Shown: piece after piece, positions 37,224 to 39,363 of the stretch | Numbering within the stretch: position 1 is the stretch's first letter | Layout of the letters: each line of letters begins with the position of its first letter | NCBI GenBank assembly: GCA_944363665.1 | Contig: CALVUS010000002.1 | Coordinates: forward strand, 1 to 39,363 | Source: an uncultured Bacilli bacterium | GTDB taxonomy: Bacteria; Bacillota_I; Bacilli_A; RF39; UBA660 | Reading direction: 5' to 3' | Length of the DNA stretch: 39,363 bases | Made by a program: the position numbers and the translations under genes | Notes under the pieces: generated by a model | The model's database searches: none | The model's input: the letters and a program-made list of their open reading frames with translations, nothing else | What the model was told of the DNA's origin: nothing

Positions 37224-37655
37224 TTATTTTCTGTTAAACACAAAAAATTTACTTATTATATAATTTCCAACCATTATAAGAACTTGACAGATAATCGTAA
37301 TAATTATTATCCATATATCTGTATTTAGTTTTAATAAATTAACAAAGAACCACATTATGACCATCTCCATTAATAAAGTTAAAACCCTTCCACCAAAAAA
37401 TGTTGATAGTTCATAAAAATAGTTTTTTGATCGAGAGTTAAATACAAATATTCTATTTAAAAAATAAGAAAATGATACAGCACATATCCAAGAAATGATA
37501 ACGGCTATTTGTAATTCTAAAGCATTACTAGCATCTAATAAAGTGAATAATAAAATGTATTTTGAGACTAAACTTACTACTGTTGTAAGTCCTCCAACAA
37601 TAATATAATTAATAATTTCTTTATATTGTAAATATTTTTTTTTAATAAATTTCAT
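37224..37655 (-). CDS. gtrA: GtrA-family small membrane protein (polyprenyl-phosphate-sugar translocation associated)
   Basis: 143 aa with 4 TM helices, an N-terminal YIIVGGLTTVVS and a C-terminal FVF motif typical of the GtrA family. Adjacent to a GtrB-like GT2. Confidence 0.8.
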   Translation of the reverse strand: MKFIKKKYLQYKEIINYIIVGGLTTVVSLVSKYILLFTLLDASNALELQIAVIISWICAVSFSYFLNRIFVFNSRSKNYFYELSTFFGGRVLTLLMEMVIMWFFVNLLKLNTDIWIIIITIICQVLIMVGNYIISKFFVFNRK

Positions 37656-37661
37656 AATTAA

Positions 37662-38609
37662 TTATCTTTTTACCTCTTCTTTTATTATATAAATTGGTCT
37701 TTTTTTTGTTTCTATATATACTCTTCCTAAATATTCACCTATTATTCCTATGAAAATCATTTGCAAACTTCCAAACATGAGAATAAGACAAACAATAGTA
37801 GCATAGCCATCTACATCTATTCCAATAAATATTTTTTGTATTAATACTATAATCATATATATTATTGAAATAACAAATGCAATAAAGCCTATATATGTAG
37901 ATATTTTTAGAGGGGATATTGAAAAACCTATAATGCCATCTAAGGCATATTTTATTAATGAAATAAAAGACCACGATGATTTACCAAACTTTCTCTCTTC
38001 AACTTCATATGGCATATAATAGTTATTGTATCCTATCCACGAAAAGAAGCCTTTAGAAAATCTGTAATATTCCTTAAGTTCTAACAATGAGTTAGCTACT
38101 TGTCTACTAAATAGCCTAAAATCTGAGGCATTTTCATAAAATTCAATTTCTGATATTTTGTTTATTAATTTATAAAATAACTTTTTAAAAAACGATATAA
38201 CTTTGCCTTCTTTTCTTATTGCTTGATAGCAAGTAATGATATCATATTCAGGGTTATCTATAATATAATTAAACATTTTTAAAACGTATTTAGGATGTTG
38301 TTGTAAATCAGCATCCATTATTGCTATATATTTTCCTAAACTTTTATTTAAGCCTGCGTAAATTGCTGATTCTTTACCAAAGTTTTTTGAAAAATTCAAA
38401 CCTATAACATTATTATTTTTTAAAACTATGTTTTTTATAGCATCAAAAGTGTGATCTTTACTTCCATCATTTATAAAAATATATTCAATATTAATATTTT
38501 GTTTATCAAATGTTTTTTGACATTCTTCAAATAACAATGGAATGTTTTGTTCTTCATTATAACACGGAATTATTATTGAAATATCAATATCGTTTGTTTC
38601 TTTTTGCAT
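37662..38609 (-). CDS. polyprenyl-phosphate glycosyltransferase (GtrB/CsbB-type GT2 with two C-terminal TM helices)
   Basis: ISIIIPCYNEEQNI...FINDGSKD...IMDADLQHP followed by two TM helices (YIGFIAFVISIIYMIIVL, ATIVCLILMFGSLQMIFIGIIGEYLGR), which is the GtrB/DPM1-like architecture. Confidence 0.85.
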   Translation of the reverse strand: MQKETNDIDISIIIPCYNEEQNIPLLFEECQKTFDKQNINIEYIFINDGSKDHTFDAIKNIVLKNNNVIGLNFSKNFGKESAIYAGLNKSLGKYIAIMDADLQQHPKYVLKMFNYIIDNPEYDIITCYQAIRKEGKVISFFKKLFYKLINKISEIEFYENASDFRLFSRQVANSLLELKEYYRFSKGFFSWIGYNNYYMPYEVEERKFGKSSWSFISLIKYALDGIIGFSISPLKISTYIGFIAFVISIIYMIIVLIQKIFIGIDVDGYATIVCLILMFGSLQMIFIGIIGEYLGRVYIETKKRPIYIIKEEVKR

Positions 38610-38610
38610 T

Positions 38611-39288
38611 TTACCATCCTCTTATTACATATCTTCTACCATCTAAAGCTTCAAAATGAAATTCAACATCAACATTATCGATTATTCCTTTATCTAACAA
38701 ATAACTCTTGTATGCTATTGCATGAAATTCCATATATGGGTTATAATTCCAAATATATCTTATAGGGCATGTTTTAATTAAAATTTCTGTCTTTCCTTCT
38801 TCAAACTGTCTTTGAATATTTTCAAATCTAACCACATCAAAATGTCTTACTATAATAAATATAGAAATTAAATATACTATTAAAATTGTAAAAACACTAT
38901 TTACTATAATCTTTAAATCTTTTCCTGAATATTTTTCTGTTAATAATATATTTAGTATTAAGCCAATGGTTAACGCACTAAGCATAATATTTGTAAAATA
39001 AGTTGTTCTAAATCCCCAAGTTGGACTTAATAACATTGCCATATTTGGTGACAATCCAATAAAAAGAAAACTATAGTATTCAATTCTTGTTTTTTTATCT
39101 TTTATTATATAGAATATCGAAATTAAAAATAATATAGAAATTATAGTCCAAAATGCATATGTAAAAACACTGGTTAAAAAAGTTTCGCTTTTCCAATAAA
39201 AGTCTAAAGAAGATGTATATTCTGTAAAAGGATTATATATATCATAATGATAAAATAAGGAATAAATTGGAATAATATTTATAAACAA
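38611..39288 (-). CDS. polytopic membrane protein of unknown function, possibly the acceptor-specific partner (or C-terminal part of one) of the Gtr-like module
   Basis: 225-aa ORF with a TTG start, 4-5 TM helices plus a soluble tail of about 60 aa. The stop lies 1 nt from the GT2 start. An in-frame TAA lies 8 codons upstream (see findings). Confidence 0.45.
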   Translation of the reverse strand: MFINIIPIYSLFYHYDIYNPFTEYTSSLDFYWKSETFLTSVFTYAFWTIISILFLISIFYIIKDKKTRIEYYSFLFIGLSPNMAMLLSPTWGFRTTYFTNIMLSALTIGLILNILLTEKYSGKDLKIIVNSVFTILIVYLISIFIIVRHFDVVRFENIQRQFEEGKTEILIKTCPIRYIWNYNPYMEFHAIAYKSYLLDKGIIDNVDVEFHFEALDGRRYVIRGW

Positions 39289-39312
39289 AGGGGCTGTTGA
39301 ATAATTAAGTAA

Positions 39313-39363
39313 TTAATTATTTGACAGTCTCTTTTCTTTTGGCTTTACATAAGGAAATTTTTC
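39313..39363 (-). CDS. 3' end of a gene running off the window (...EKFPYVKPKEKRLSNN*)
   Basis: The open frame runs from the window edge to TAA at 39313..39315, in the same frame as the 38611..39288 ORF. Only 16 codons are visible. Confidence 0.25.
   Translation of the reverse strand, partial: EKFPYVKPKEKRLSNN

Noticed and set aside
37735-37974. 79-aa minus-strand ORF inside the GtrB-like GT2 gene, in another frame
   Set aside because: It overlaps the two C-terminal TM helices of a complete GT2 and has an implausible Cys/Tyr/Arg/Asn-rich composition.

Overview
This is a 39.4-kb, very AT-rich (roughly 25-30% GC by eye) chromosomal segment from a cell-walled, probably spore-forming, low-GC Bacillota. 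The gene set looks Bacilli/Erysipelotrichia-like: GpsB, RecU-PBP1A, DnaD/DnaB/DnaI, RNase J, RNase Y and a type-B RNase P RNA. The standard genetic code is used.

Positions 1-25.7 kb are mostly housekeeping with Bacillus-like synteny:
- rodZ-pgsA and gpsB-rnpB
- recU-ponA and nth-dnaD-cca
- dnaB-dnaI and dacA
- ftsY-ylxM, rnjA and rny

Small accessory islands interrupt this block:
- An MscS channel.
- A membrane-anchored surface protein (9119..10438).
- A LexA-boxed Y-family polymerase/YolD cassette.
- A VOC-family protein.
- A divergent pair of predicted extracytoplasmic glycan-trimming enzymes (phosphodiester glycosidase and PIG-L deacetylase).

Positions 26.1-39.4 kb are a one-strand cell-envelope glycopolymer locus, which holds:
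- A GT-C membrane transferase and a TagA-family GT26.
- A Wzy/ligase-like::GT4 fusion and two GT2 genes.
- A 1042-aa GT8-GT2-coiled-coil-pyruvyltransferase fusion.
- A radical-SAM enzyme co-transcribed with a GtrA/GtrB-like module.

The most unusual signals are:
1. A 93-nt, 57% GC, adenine-poor, NNC-codon-rich patch sits at the very 3' end of the surface-protein gene. It looks like a diversity-generating-retroelement (DGR) variable region, but no template repeat or reverse transcriptase is in the window.
2. An uninterrupted 30-nt A/T homopolymer splits a TTGACT...TAGTAT promoter-like pair directly upstream of that same gene.
3. A near-perfect 114-bp in-frame tandem duplication lies inside the coiled-coil linker of the trifunctional glycan enzyme, which may act as a molecular ruler.
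4. A radical-SAM gene is embedded in the Gtr-like operon.

I saw no rRNA, tRNA, CRISPR array, transposase, integrase or recognisable defence system. All calls come from reading the sequence and translations by eye; no searches were run.
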